Positions 20,684 through 29,049 of a stretch of DNA of 64,000 nt are shown piece after piece. The first letter of the stretch is position 1. The number at the start of each line of letters is the position of its first letter. Position numbers and translations under genes: made by a program. The stretch is from Nitrospirota bacterium (GTDB lineage Bacteria; Nitrospirota; Nitrospiria; Nitrospirales; Nitrospiraceae). The DNA is taken from assembly GCA_963701855.1 (NCBI GenBank), contig CAVPBK010000004.1, positions 317,604 to 381,603 on the forward strand, in the 5' to 3' direction. The notes under the pieces are model-generated. The model saw nothing but the letters and a program-made list of their open reading frames with translations, ran no database searches and was not told the origin of the DNA.

Positions 20684-21655
20684 CTAGGCAGTTCCGACCG
20701 GCCCCTCCGCCTCTTTGTCTTTGCCCTGATCCTTCTTGTCCAAGAACGACTCTGCGCCGACTTCGTTCAGCAACAGACTCAGCTCGTTCCCCTGATCCTG
20801 CGCACCGCACTCATACGTCTGGCCTTCCGGTGAACTGAAGGTCGCGGGACGATAATCGGTTTCCGAGTAGGGCTGAGGAACGACGCCGAGAAACGCGACT
20901 TCGAAATCCATCCACTCTGCCATCAAGTCCGCCACGTGTTTATAGAAACCTGTCCCGGCTTTCTTGACCAACATCCGGCAAAACAGCGGAACCCACCGCC
21001 CGATATGATTCTTGACAAACTTTTTCTGCGCATCCAGGACGATTTCAGTCTTGTCCGCTCCATCGTGACAGCGGGAATAGGATTCTTTGTAGGCCAAGAA
21101 ATGCATAAACTCGAATTCAACGCTCAAATGATCCAGTCGCTCATGGATATCCTTGGATAGTTCCACCCCGAATGCGCGATAGAATCCAGCGATATCGCCC
21201 ATGACTTGCGATTGAGCAAATACGTGATCGTTTCCAAAAAGCGTTTCGTAGGGAGGGCAATCGAGCGTGATGACATTACTGAAGACTCGGCGATGCTCGG
21301 CCTGCAGATCACTGAGTTGCCAATTGACACATTCCGACGCGACCACTTTCTCAATCTGATCGAACTGTTTGCGCAGCAACACCAGCTTGAGCTTGGCCCG
21401 TTCACCACCGATGCCGTCGAGCGCCTTGTCCAAGGCATCAAGTGCCGCCCGCCCATCCTCGACGAACTCTCCGCATTGCAGGTAATCGTGAAATTCGTCG
21501 TCTTCCGGATAAAGCTGGCTCCAGGAGACAAGGAGATAGAGCTTACTGCGGTTGAGGGCACGTTCGACTGCGGGTGAATCCTTGATGGCCATCGAAGCTG
21601 GAATGACCCCGGCCACGGCTTGAGAATTTGTTTGCACCGGCTGTTTGCTCGTCAT
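20684..21655 (-). CDS. TorD/DmsD-family molybdoenzyme maturation chaperone
   Basis: CPPYET, FYRAFG, ERLDHLSVEFEFM and HIGRWVPLF motifs. Confidence 0.9.
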   Translation of the reverse strand: MTSKQPVQTNSQAVAGVIPASMAIKDSPAVERALNRSKLYLLVSWSQLYPEDDEFHDYLQCGEFVEDGRAALDALDKALDGIGGERAKLKLVLLRKQFDQIEKVVASECVNWQLSDLQAEHRRVFSNVITLDCPPYETLFGNDHVFAQSQVMGDIAGFYRAFGVELSKDIHERLDHLSVEFEFMHFLAYKESYSRCHDGADKTEIVLDAQKKFVKNHIGRWVPLFCRMLVKKAGTGFYKHVADLMAEWMDFEVAFLGVVPQPYSETDYRPATFSSPEGQTYECGAQDQGNELSLLLNEVGAESFLDKKDQGKDKEAEGPVGTA

Positions 21656-21738
21656 GCGAGTCGGCTCCTCGCTTGACCCTTTTGCCCACAGAAATTTTTC
21701 GAGCCTAAGAGGTCAAGATTTTGGCACAAAACATTCGT

Positions 21739-21767
21739 ATGGTAGGTATCGGACGTGAGGTTGTCAA
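21739..21767 (-). promoter_or_regulatory. Sigma-70 promoter for the chaperone-nxrC operon
   Basis: TTGACA-N17-TACCAT on the minus strand, about 85 bp upstream of ATG 21655. Confidence 0.65.
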
Positions 21768-21883
21768 GCACGATCTTTTCTTTCGAAGAATATATTCTAA
21801 ACATTTGATTTGTCAGATTATTCCTTTCGCGATACCCAGAATTTTCTGAACTTCATTTTTGCCTTCAGGCCTGCGCTTGTGGA

Positions 21884-22492
21884 TTACGAAAGCGGCTGTG
21901 CCAATAATCTATAGGGCGTGACTCGAATAGCCACCCGATCATTCACTGTCCGGCACACTTGTTCGCACAGCCCACAGCCGACGCAACGTTCAGCCGCCAC
22001 CACAAGCCGCTGCGTGCCAAAATCCATCGAGAGGGCATCCGTGGGACATTTCGACGCGCAGGCATGGCACCCCTGCCCCGCCGTGCAGACTCGGTGCGAG
22101 ACAGACGCGAGACCCATTCGTATCTGCCCGCGCCCTTCGATAGGAAGCAACGCCTCGGTGGCACAGGCCGCAATGCAGGGCACATCCTCGCAGAGATAGC
22201 ACGGCGTGTGATCCGCAAAAATCACCGGCGTCCCGTTCTGCGGATGAAACGTAATCGACCCGTATGGACAGACCTTGCCACAATCGCCGCATTGGGTGCA
22301 TCGCTCTAAAAACAACGTCTCCTCGACAGCGCCTGGAGGACGCAACCAATCCGTCCGCACTGGCGGTGGAGCCGGTTGGTCCGGCGGGGCATGTTGATGC
22401 TTGGAAAATTCTTGCGCCGCTTTGGCAACGGAAACGACAGAGTCCTTGAGGAAATCGCGGCGTCCATATGTCGGATCGGTGGCCACAATCAT
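21884..22492 (-). CDS. NapF/NapG-like 4x[4Fe-4S] ferredoxin
   Basis: GRRDFLK, LRPPGA and four Cys clusters (CTQCGDCGKVCP, CYLCEDVPCIAAC, C..CHACASKCP, CVGCGLCEQVC). Confidence 0.9.
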   Translation of the reverse strand: MIVATDPTYGRRDFLKDSVVSVAKAAQEFSKHQHAPPDQPAPPPVRTDWLRPPGAVEETLFLERCTQCGDCGKVCPYGSITFHPQNGTPVIFADHTPCYLCEDVPCIAACATEALLPIEGRGQIRMGLASVSHRVCTAGQGCHACASKCPTDALSMDFGTQRLVVAAERCVGCGLCEQVCRTVNDRVAIRVTPYRLLAQPLS

Positions 22493-22498
22493 ACACCA

Positions 22499-23497
22499 TT
22501 ACACGACGCCGTCGGCACGCAGCTTGTAGACCTCGACACAGCGGTCGCAGGCCCCAAATTCGATATCCCAGCCAGGGTGATTCTCGCGGATGAAATCGAG
22601 CACATAGGGCTCGAGTTTGTTGCCCATATCCTCAATCCACGAATAGGTCGGAAACCGGCACAGGGGGCAGGGAAATCCCGGCATCAACATGATTTTATTT
22701 TCTGTTTCCGGAACCTCGCCTCCCTCGACATCTACGGCACGGTCCATCACTCGCAAGGTGTCCGACGCCATTTCGATCAATTCCGAGTGGGTAAAGAAAC
22801 TCGTCTGCCACAACCCCTCAAACACCGACTTTAATTGTGGCGCGGGAATCTTGCGGTACCAGGAACGAAACTCTTTGAACCGGTCTTCTTTCCTGAGCAT
22901 CGGCTCTTTGCCTGCAACAGCCAGCCGGCTGTCCACAGTGAGGCTCCACAAGACTCGATAGCGTTGAAGAATGAGAGTTTCCTCGCCGGGATTTTGCCCG
23001 ACCTTGGTATCGGGATCGTACCCAAAGACCGGATCCAGCATATCCGAGATATGCAACAACTCATGGCGGCAATAGCGTGTAAGGGCAGGATCGTAGAATC
23101 GCCGTGGTATGAGCTTGATCCCGACGCCTCTCAACCCCTTTTCCTCGAACTCGCGAGCCAGCTCGTGCTCGACGGATCCCCACTTCCTGAGAATATCGAC
23201 GCCCTCCTGATCTTCCTTGAGCACCCCCTTGACGAGCACAATGCCGACTCGTTCTTTGAGCAATGGATATTCGTTGAAAGCATCGCGGATGATATCGGAA
23301 AACCCCCAGGTCCCGAACATGTACTGGTAGAGCTTCTTAAACTCACTCTCACGATCATCGAGCGTAAACTTCTCGTAGATCGGGTCGGCGAGTTCATGGA
23401 ACTCTTTATAATAGGTGGGGTCGCCTTCCCGCTCCGTTTTTTCGACGAACGAGTCGATGACCTCTTGCAGCAATGCGGGCTGAAAACGAAGTTCCAT
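22499..23497 (-). CDS. Hypothetical protein with HEXXH and C-terminal CxxC...CxxC motifs
   Basis: RHELLHI; CPLC and CDRC; ATG 23497. Confidence 0.8.
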   Translation of the reverse strand: MELRFQPALLQEVIDSFVEKTEREGDPTYYKEFHELADPIYEKFTLDDRESEFKKLYQYMFGTWGFSDIIRDAFNEYPLLKERVGIVLVKGVLKEDQEGVDILRKWGSVEHELAREFEEKGLRGVGIKLIPRRFYDPALTRYCRHELLHISDMLDPVFGYDPDTKVGQNPGEETLILQRYRVLWSLTVDSRLAVAGKEPMLRKEDRFKEFRSWYRKIPAPQLKSVFEGLWQTSFFTHSELIEMASDTLRVMDRAVDVEGGEVPETENKIMLMPGFPCPLCRFPTYSWIEDMGNKLEPYVLDFIRENHPGWDIEFGACDRCVEVYKLRADGVV

Positions 23498-23521
23498 AAC
23501 AATCCTTTGGGCGCACGCTAG

Positions 23522-23764
23522 CAAGCTGCGGAAAACCTCGGTTTATACCCAATACTCTGTTGGAATCTTGAAGATGGTGACGATGTCACAATAGCCACAG
23601 GATGCTCAAAATGGCCAAACTTCTCACCCGCCCAACCCTGGCGCGCCAAGACGCGCTCCGTCCCAAGCAAGGCCGCAGCGAGCGAAGAGGCGAGGCATAC
23701 GCTTCGGTACGTTGAGCCTCTGAGCGACGCGAGAACGCCGCTGGCGGACATTTTCAGCATCCTG
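23522..23764 (+). repeat. MITE-like repeat
   Basis: Outer end CAAGCTGCGGAAAAC, inner CAGGATGCTCAAAA (23598), right end TTTTCAGCATCCTG followed by CTAG. Confidence 0.9.
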
Positions 23765-23897
23765 CTAGGAGGCTGCCTTGACTTGATGACAAAGCTTCTC
23801 TTACGATCACCCCACGCTGAGCGGAATTATACTGGCGCGAATAGACGGTTTGCAATCAAGCCGCGCCACTCTGTTCTAGTCGTAAGGATTATTGAAC

Positions 23898-25007
23898 ATG
23901 GCCGATCACACTATTTCCCAACTCGCCCCTACTCCCCCCCCACTCATACCATCACCGCCGGGAGCGGGCGCCGCACCAGTCGATTTTCTCGAGTATTGGA
24001 AGACAGGGGCGCGGGAACTGACCACGTATCGCGGCCATTCACATGGGGTCTGGTCGGTGGCCTTCACACCAGACGGGTTAACCCTTGCCAGCGGGGGAGC
24101 CGACCGGCTTGTCCGCCTATGGGATATTGAAACCGGACGCCTCCTGCGCTCACTCAGGGGGCATACGGCGGACATCCGATCCATTGTCTTCACGCCAGAC
24201 GGCCAAACGTTGGCCACTGCCAGCGAGGATCGGACCATCCGGCTGTGGAATCCGACCACCGGCGAATCGAAGAAGCTTCTCTTCACACGTTATGACCACA
24301 ACGTCGTCAGCCTCTCCCTCTCGCCCGACGGCCTCATGTTGGCGCGAGGCAGCCACAACAAAGACATCAAGATCTGGGAAGTCACCACTGGCACTGAACT
24401 CATGACTCTTCTCGGCAAAGACCAATACGACCACAACTGGTCTGTCTGTGTTGCCTTTTCGCCGGATGGAGTCCATCTCGCCAGTGGAATGGATATCGGC
24501 AAGATCAAGCTGTGGGAGGTCTTACCTAGCGGAGAGGAAAAAATTCTGCACAACGGCCACTGGAAACAGCACGAGGATGATACCAGTGAAACCCGCGGCT
24601 ACTTCATCGAAGACGACGGTGGATTCCAAAAGCCGATGAGCTATTGGATCGGCGCAATAGCCTTTACCCCAGATGCCAAACTGCTCATTACCGGGAGCCG
24701 AGACGAGACGATCAAGCTGTTCGACATGCCTCAGATGGCAGAACAACGGACGTTGAAGGGCCATACAGCCTGGGTGCGAGCGCTCGCCGTCACAGCGGAC
24801 AGCAAGGTGCTCATCAGCGCCGGCGATGACGCGACGATTCGGTTTTGGGATCTCTCGAACGGCCGCTGTTTCAGAACCATCAAGGCCCATGCCGCAGCTA
24901 TTCGCGGCATTACCCTGTCACCGGACGGCATGAAACTGGCCAGTGCCTCGTGGGATCGGACAGTGAAGCTGTGGGAAGGCGGACCGGAACCTCAAGCAGA
25001 ATGCTGA
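23898..25007 (+). CDS. WD40-repeat protein
   Basis: About 7 GH...V.F.PDG..LAS.S.D..I.LW repeats. Confidence 0.95.
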   Translation: MADHTISQLAPTPPPLIPSPPGAGAAPVDFLEYWKTGARELTTYRGHSHGVWSVAFTPDGLTLASGGADRLVRLWDIETGRLLRSLRGHTADIRSIVFTPDGQTLATASEDRTIRLWNPTTGESKKLLFTRYDHNVVSLSLSPDGLMLARGSHNKDIKIWEVTTGTELMTLLGKDQYDHNWSVCVAFSPDGVHLASGMDIGKIKLWEVLPSGEEKILHNGHWKQHEDDTSETRGYFIEDDGGFQKPMSYWIGAIAFTPDAKLLITGSRDETIKLFDMPQMAEQRTLKGHTAWVRALAVTADSKVLISAGDDATIRFWDLSNGRCFRTIKAHAAAIRGITLSPDGMKLASASWDRTVKLWEGGPEPQAEC

Positions 25008-25262
25008 AAAATGAGGCGGGGTAGCTGGGACGAACACATGCTCGCGCAACGTGCGGCTTGAAAAAGCCCTCGTTGGACACGCGCAGTCAAGAAGTAAACC
25101 GTGCCGTCCTAGAGGAAAGGGCAAAAAAATTCACTCGCTTCTGCCATTAACGCTTTGGCCTGGTCAGCGTTGTACGACACAACACCTACCCTGTCCCGTG
25201 CGCCTCAAAAAGCAACCATTCTTGTCTCGCTGTCGGAAATCCCCGTTGCATTTTTGAGCACA
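24997..25262 (-). repeat. MITE-like repeat (reverse orientation, degenerate)
   Basis: Starts CAGAATGCTGAAAAA, contains the reverse complement of the CGCGTCCAACGAGGGC..CGTTGCGCGAGCA module, and ends TTTTTGAGCA. Confidence 0.75.
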
Positions 25263-25282
25263 TCGGTCTATACAAGCAACTC

Positions 25283-25552
25283 ATGAATGCCGAGCAGATG
25301 GAAGAGATCAAACGCCATTTTGGCGTGGTTGCCGAAGCGCTCAGAGGCGACATCCGCCAGATCGCAGAAGGTCACGCCATTATTCGGCATGAGTTGCAAG
25401 AGCACCGTGGGGAAATTCGTGACGAGTTCAAAGAAATGCGAGCCCTCTTGCGGCTCTCATTTTCCCAACTCGATCAGCGTATCCACACTCTCGAAACAGA
25501 CATTTCTGTTCTGAAAACCCGTATGGATCGCCTCGAAACCAGCCGCATCTAA
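25283..25552 (+). CDS. Small coiled-coil hypothetical protein
   Basis: 89 aa, helical heptad pattern (LDQRIHTLETDISVLKTRMDRLE). Confidence 0.75.
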   Translation: MNAEQMEEIKRHFGVVAEALRGDIRQIAEGHAIIRHELQEHRGEIRDEFKEMRALLRLSFSQLDQRIHTLETDISVLKTRMDRLETSRI

Positions 25553-25914
25553 TTCCTACAGACCCCATTCAATCAATCCGCCGCACACGCGCTGTCGAGA
25601 CCAATCAGAAAAGTAAAATATCACTATTCCCTTCTCCATGATGGGAACGGAACTCGGAGACGAAGCGGAGGTGCGGTGGCAGAGCCGTTCGCTCCAACAC
25701 CTCACGAAACGGCCCTTTCGGACTATGCCAGGCGGAATCCTTCAGAAGTTTCTTCCTCGCCTACCACTCCTCCACACAGAGTCAGCCGTATCTACCGTGT
25801 AGTCGTATCGCTGCCGAGACATTGCGCAGCACGTCTGAAACTCAGAATGTCCCACTTTTTCTTTCTCTTGCATCATCGACAATGGAGAATGCCCCTGTTT
25901 CTCCCCGACCCATT

Positions 25915-26811
25915 TTATTTCGCTGATGCTTTTTCACCAATTAACACCTTTAGCAACGCTTCACGCTCACTCTTGGGCAGGACATAATCAAATGTCGTAG
26001 GAGGCAACAAATACTCTTCTCGAAAGTGTTCTTCTAGCGTCTTAAAGCAACTCTTTGGAATCAGTTCGACCAGAGGCTCAACTGCGGTGAGTAAACCTCC
26101 TCTCGCGTTCTCGCCCGTAACTCCGTAAGCCTTGCGTGAATAGAAGTATCCGGCCACGTGGTCAGGAAGCAGCAATAGCGGCTCTTCCTGTTCGGTGGTG
26201 ATAGAGACCTTGAAGTGTGGCTCAACCCTCGTGGCTTGAACCGTCTGGGGCAAATCTCCTTCTAGTCCCTCGAATACATTCTGGCAAACCTTTTGATTCG
26301 CTTCCCCCTGGATGTCTGAGTCGAAGACTGCTTTCACCTTTATGCGCTGCACCGACCCATCGTTTCGAGGAAGCCAGTGGGAGTGGCGTCCCAAGTACAC
26401 ACCCAGCAGGTCAGCACTGGCCAGTCCAAATTGATAGAGCTTGAACGTGTTCATTGGTTTCGCATATGGTGCGGCCTCTTGAGCATTTTTCACACACTTC
26501 TCGTAGAGCTGATTTCCGTCCTCAAAATAGCGATCCCACTCAGGTGTATTCTTCCAGATTATTCGTACTATCCAGAAGAGCTGTCGCTTCGCGAGGAGCC
26601 GAAAGATCGCTCTAGCTGCTTCGTGACTCGCTTCGCTCTTCGACCACTTCACTAGGCTGCCTTTAGTTACGATCAGAAGGCTTTCTCGAACCTCGTCAAC
26701 AGCCTTCGCCACTATCGCAACGGCTGAAAACACAATTGGCGTTTCTTTGGAGTGAGAATATCTACCTGCTGCGTCCAAAAAAAACGTCAAATTTGGAAAC
26801 GGTGGTCTCAT
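25915..26811 (-). CDS. DUF3800-like hypothetical protein (RNase H-like fold inferred)
   Basis: N-terminal FFLDAAG and late LLLPDHVAG resemble the family's [FY]xDES[G] and QxADxxA motifs; codon usage looks atypical. Confidence 0.55.
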   Translation of the reverse strand: MRPPFPNLTFFLDAAGRYSHSKETPIVFSAVAIVAKAVDEVRESLLIVTKGSLVKWSKSEASHEAARAIFRLLAKRQLFWIVRIIWKNTPEWDRYFEDGNQLYEKCVKNAQEAAPYAKPMNTFKLYQFGLASADLLGVYLGRHSHWLPRNDGSVQRIKVKAVFDSDIQGEANQKVCQNVFEGLEGDLPQTVQATRVEPHFKVSITTEQEEPLLLLPDHVAGYFYSRKAYGVTGENARGGLLTAVEPLVELIPKSCFKTLEEHFREEYLLPPTTFDYVLPKSEREALLKVLIGEKASAK

Positions 26812-26862
26812 AGTGCACACAACCATAGGCAAAGAAACAGGAACATTCTACGTTTTCATCAC

Positions 26863-26940
26863 GTGCGCGCGTCCAACGAGGGGAGTCCGCGACCGCGCGT
26901 TGCGCGAGCACAGAAGATCATCAGGCTCCATCCCCTCCTC
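26863..26940 (+). repeat. Repeat module, direct repeat of 27550-27625
   Basis: TGCGCGCGTCCAACGAGGGGAGTCCGCGACCGCGCGTTGCGCGAGCACAGAAGATCATCAG. Confidence 0.85.
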
Positions 26941-27021
26941 TGCTCTGCGAGCAAGAAGGGCACCAGGCCACTCCCCCCATCCTTTGCCCCACATCCTGGT
27001 GGCAGTTGAAGCCACTTTATC

Positions 27022-27243
27022 TTACGAGCCGATTTGGTAGATGGCAGGTCGGTAACGAGGCTTTGGGATAGGTTTGCGGGCCGTGCGAGCTGCTTCCAGC
27101 CAGACTTTCTTGGCCAGTTGTGCCTGCTTCAAAGCATCGGTCGGAGTTTTCCCGAAGGCAGAACAGGCGTCCAGATCGGGAATATCCGCGATATAGCCCT
27201 TGTCCGCGTCGCTATAGAAGATGTTGATGTGATAATTCTTCAT
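27022..27243 (-). CDS. hicB: HicB-family antitoxin
   Basis: MKNYHINIFYSDADKGYIADIPDLDACSAFGKTPTDAL...IPKP. Confidence 0.9.
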   Translation of the reverse strand: MKNYHINIFYSDADKGYIADIPDLDACSAFGKTPTDALKQAQLAKKVWLEAARTARKPIPKPRYRPAIYQIGS

Positions 27244-27248
27244 GGTTC

Positions 27249-27338
27249 CTACTCGCCGTCCATACCTTTCCACCCTTCGGTGAATTGAAGGTTCTTGGAA
27301 CCGGTGAGGGCTTTCGCGAGGAGCTTTCGCTTATTCAT
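27249..27338 (-). pseudogene. hicA: Internally deleted HicA toxin remnant
   Basis: MNKRKLLAKALTGSKNLQFTE (HicA-like N-terminus) joined out of frame to a VERYG..-like C-terminus; the GSH catalytic region is missing; only 29 codons. Confidence 0.65.
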
Positions 27339-27340
27339 TC

Positions 27341-27625
27341 GCACGCGTCCAACAAGGATCTTCCGAATTCCTTATGCCGCGCTTAGAGGGAGTGGCCGAG
27401 GCTACCTTTACTGCGCACAACATTTTCACCCGCCCAAACCCCGAGCGCGCCCAGACGCGCTCTTGTCCCAGGCGAGCACCACCCATCTAATTGACCCTTC
27501 CAAGCTTGCTCATTCTCGCTTCAGGGATGGGGGCTGATTGATCTTCCACTGCGCGCGTTCAACGAGGGGAGTCCGCGACCGCGCGTTGCGCGAGCACAGA
27601 AGATCATCAGCCCTCATCCTCCGCC
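27341..27625 (+). repeat. Composite repeat of the same family
   Basis: Contains CGCGTCCAAC, TCACCCGCCCAA..GCGCGCC.AGACGCGC..GTCCCAGGC and the 26863 module. Confidence 0.8.
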
Positions 27626-29049
27626 TCTTCTCTCGCCGATGGAATCCCGTAGCGCTTGCACTTTTCCCACAGAGCCTTGCGTGACAAACCGAGTATCTTC
27701 GCACCGGTTGTGCGGCTGCCTTCCACTCGCTCCAACACCGACAGGATATAGTCTTTCTCGAACTGTTCCCTCGCCGTCGCCAGCGAGGTCAGCGGACGTG
27801 CTTCACGCATCTGCCCTGTCAGCCCTTCGCTACAGAATCCACACGATTCTTGTGGCTGCCCACCCGTATAGGGGCAGGGCTGGAACCCGCACAGATCAGA
27901 CGGCTGGACCGCTTCACGATCCCGCCCCAGCGCCACCGCACGCTCGACCATGTTCTCCAACTCCCGCACGTTCCCCGGAAAGGAATAGCGCATGAAGAGC
28001 TCACGCGACTGGGAGGAAAATCCTTTCAACGTCTTATTCATCTTGCCGGAACACGTCTTCAGCATGTGGTCTGCGATGATCATGATGTCGTCCTGCCGTT
28101 GACGCAATGGGGGGATTACGATATGCACGACGTTGAGCCGATAAAATAGATCCTCTCGAAACCGCCCCAAGGAGACTTCTTTTCGAAGATCCTTTTGGGT
28201 GGCACAGACCAGGCGCACATCGACATCGATCCTGTCGTTTCCCCCGACACGCTCAAACTGCCGTTCCTGGAGTACCCGCAATAATTTCACTTGGACGACC
28301 GGTGAGATTTCTCCGATTTCATCGAGGAACAACGTGCCCCGATGGGCCAGCTCGAACCGCCCGCGCCTCTGCCGCAGCGCCCCTGTGAAGGCCCCCTTCT
28401 CATGACCGAAGAGTTCCGCTTCCAATAAGGTTTCCGGAAGCGCCGCACAGCTGACTTTGATCAGGGGATAGTGGCTGCGGGGGCTGTTCTGATGGATGGC
28501 ATTGGCGACCAATTCCTTGCCGGTTCCACTTTCTCCAAAAATCAGCGTCGTCGAATCGGTTCCCGCCACTAGCTTGATCTTCTCGAGCACAGCCCGCATT
28601 TGGTTGTTCGCCCCGAGAATGCCCCCAAAACTGAACTTGTCTTCCAACACCGCTTTGAGATCTTGATTTTCGCGACGCAAGGTTACAACGCGGCCCACCC
28701 GCTCGACGATCAACAACAATTCGTCCATCTGGAACGGCTTCGTGATGTAATCAAAAGCGCCGAGCTTCATTGCCCCGACCGCCGTTTCCACCGATCCATG
28801 GGCGGTAATCACCACGATCTCCGTGTGAGGCGACTGCGCTTTGGCCGCTGTGAGCACCATAATCCCGTCCGCGCCTGGCAGCCGCAGATCGGTGATCACC
28901 AGATCGAATGGTCGTTGGCGGATGGCGTCGATCCCTTCTGTCCCGGATGCCGCCGCTTCGATATCATGGCCGACCGTCTCCAACGCATCGACCATCGACA
29001 GCCGCATCAGCGGTTCATCATCGACCAGTAAAATCTTGAGCCCTTTCAT
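27607..29049 (-). CDS. Sigma-54-dependent response regulator (NtrC/AtoC family)
   Basis: Receiver domain, GESGTGKE, GAFTGA, LFLDEIGE, PGNVREL and a C-terminal HTH. Confidence 0.95.
   Translation of the reverse strand: MKGLKILLVDDEPLMRLSMVDALETVGHDIEAAASGTEGIDAIRQRPFDLVITDLRLPGADGIMVLTAAKAQSPHTEIVVITAHGSVETAVGAMKLGAFDYITKPFQMDELLLIVERVGRVVTLRRENQDLKAVLEDKFSFGGILGANNQMRAVLEKIKLVAGTDSTTLIFGESGTGKELVANAIHQNSPRSHYPLIKVSCAALPETLLEAELFGHEKGAFTGALRQRRGRFELAHRGTLFLDEIGEISPVVQVKLLRVLQERQFERVGGNDRIDVDVRLVCATQKDLRKEVSLGRFREDLFYRLNVVHIVIPPLRQRQDDIMIIADHMLKTCSGKMNKTLKGFSSQSRELFMRYSFPGNVRELENMVERAVALGRDREAVQPSDLCGFQPCPYTGGQPQESCGFCSEGLTGQMREARPLTSLATAREQFEKDYILSVLERVEGSRTTGAKILGLSRKALWEKCKRYGIPSAREEAEDEG

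Noticed and set aside
21884..22492. Periplasmic nitrate reductase (nap) operon
   Set aside because: No napA, napB, napC or napH in the window; only a NapF/G-like ferredoxin.
23518..23760. 80-aa ORF and similar ORFs at 10275..10604, 49857..50192 and 51994..52374
   Set aside because: They are translations of the MITE-like repeat; no RBS or domain evidence.
25553..25843. Possible ORF (25676..25987) or ncRNA in the spacer
   Set aside because: No recognisable protein features or convincing structure by eye.
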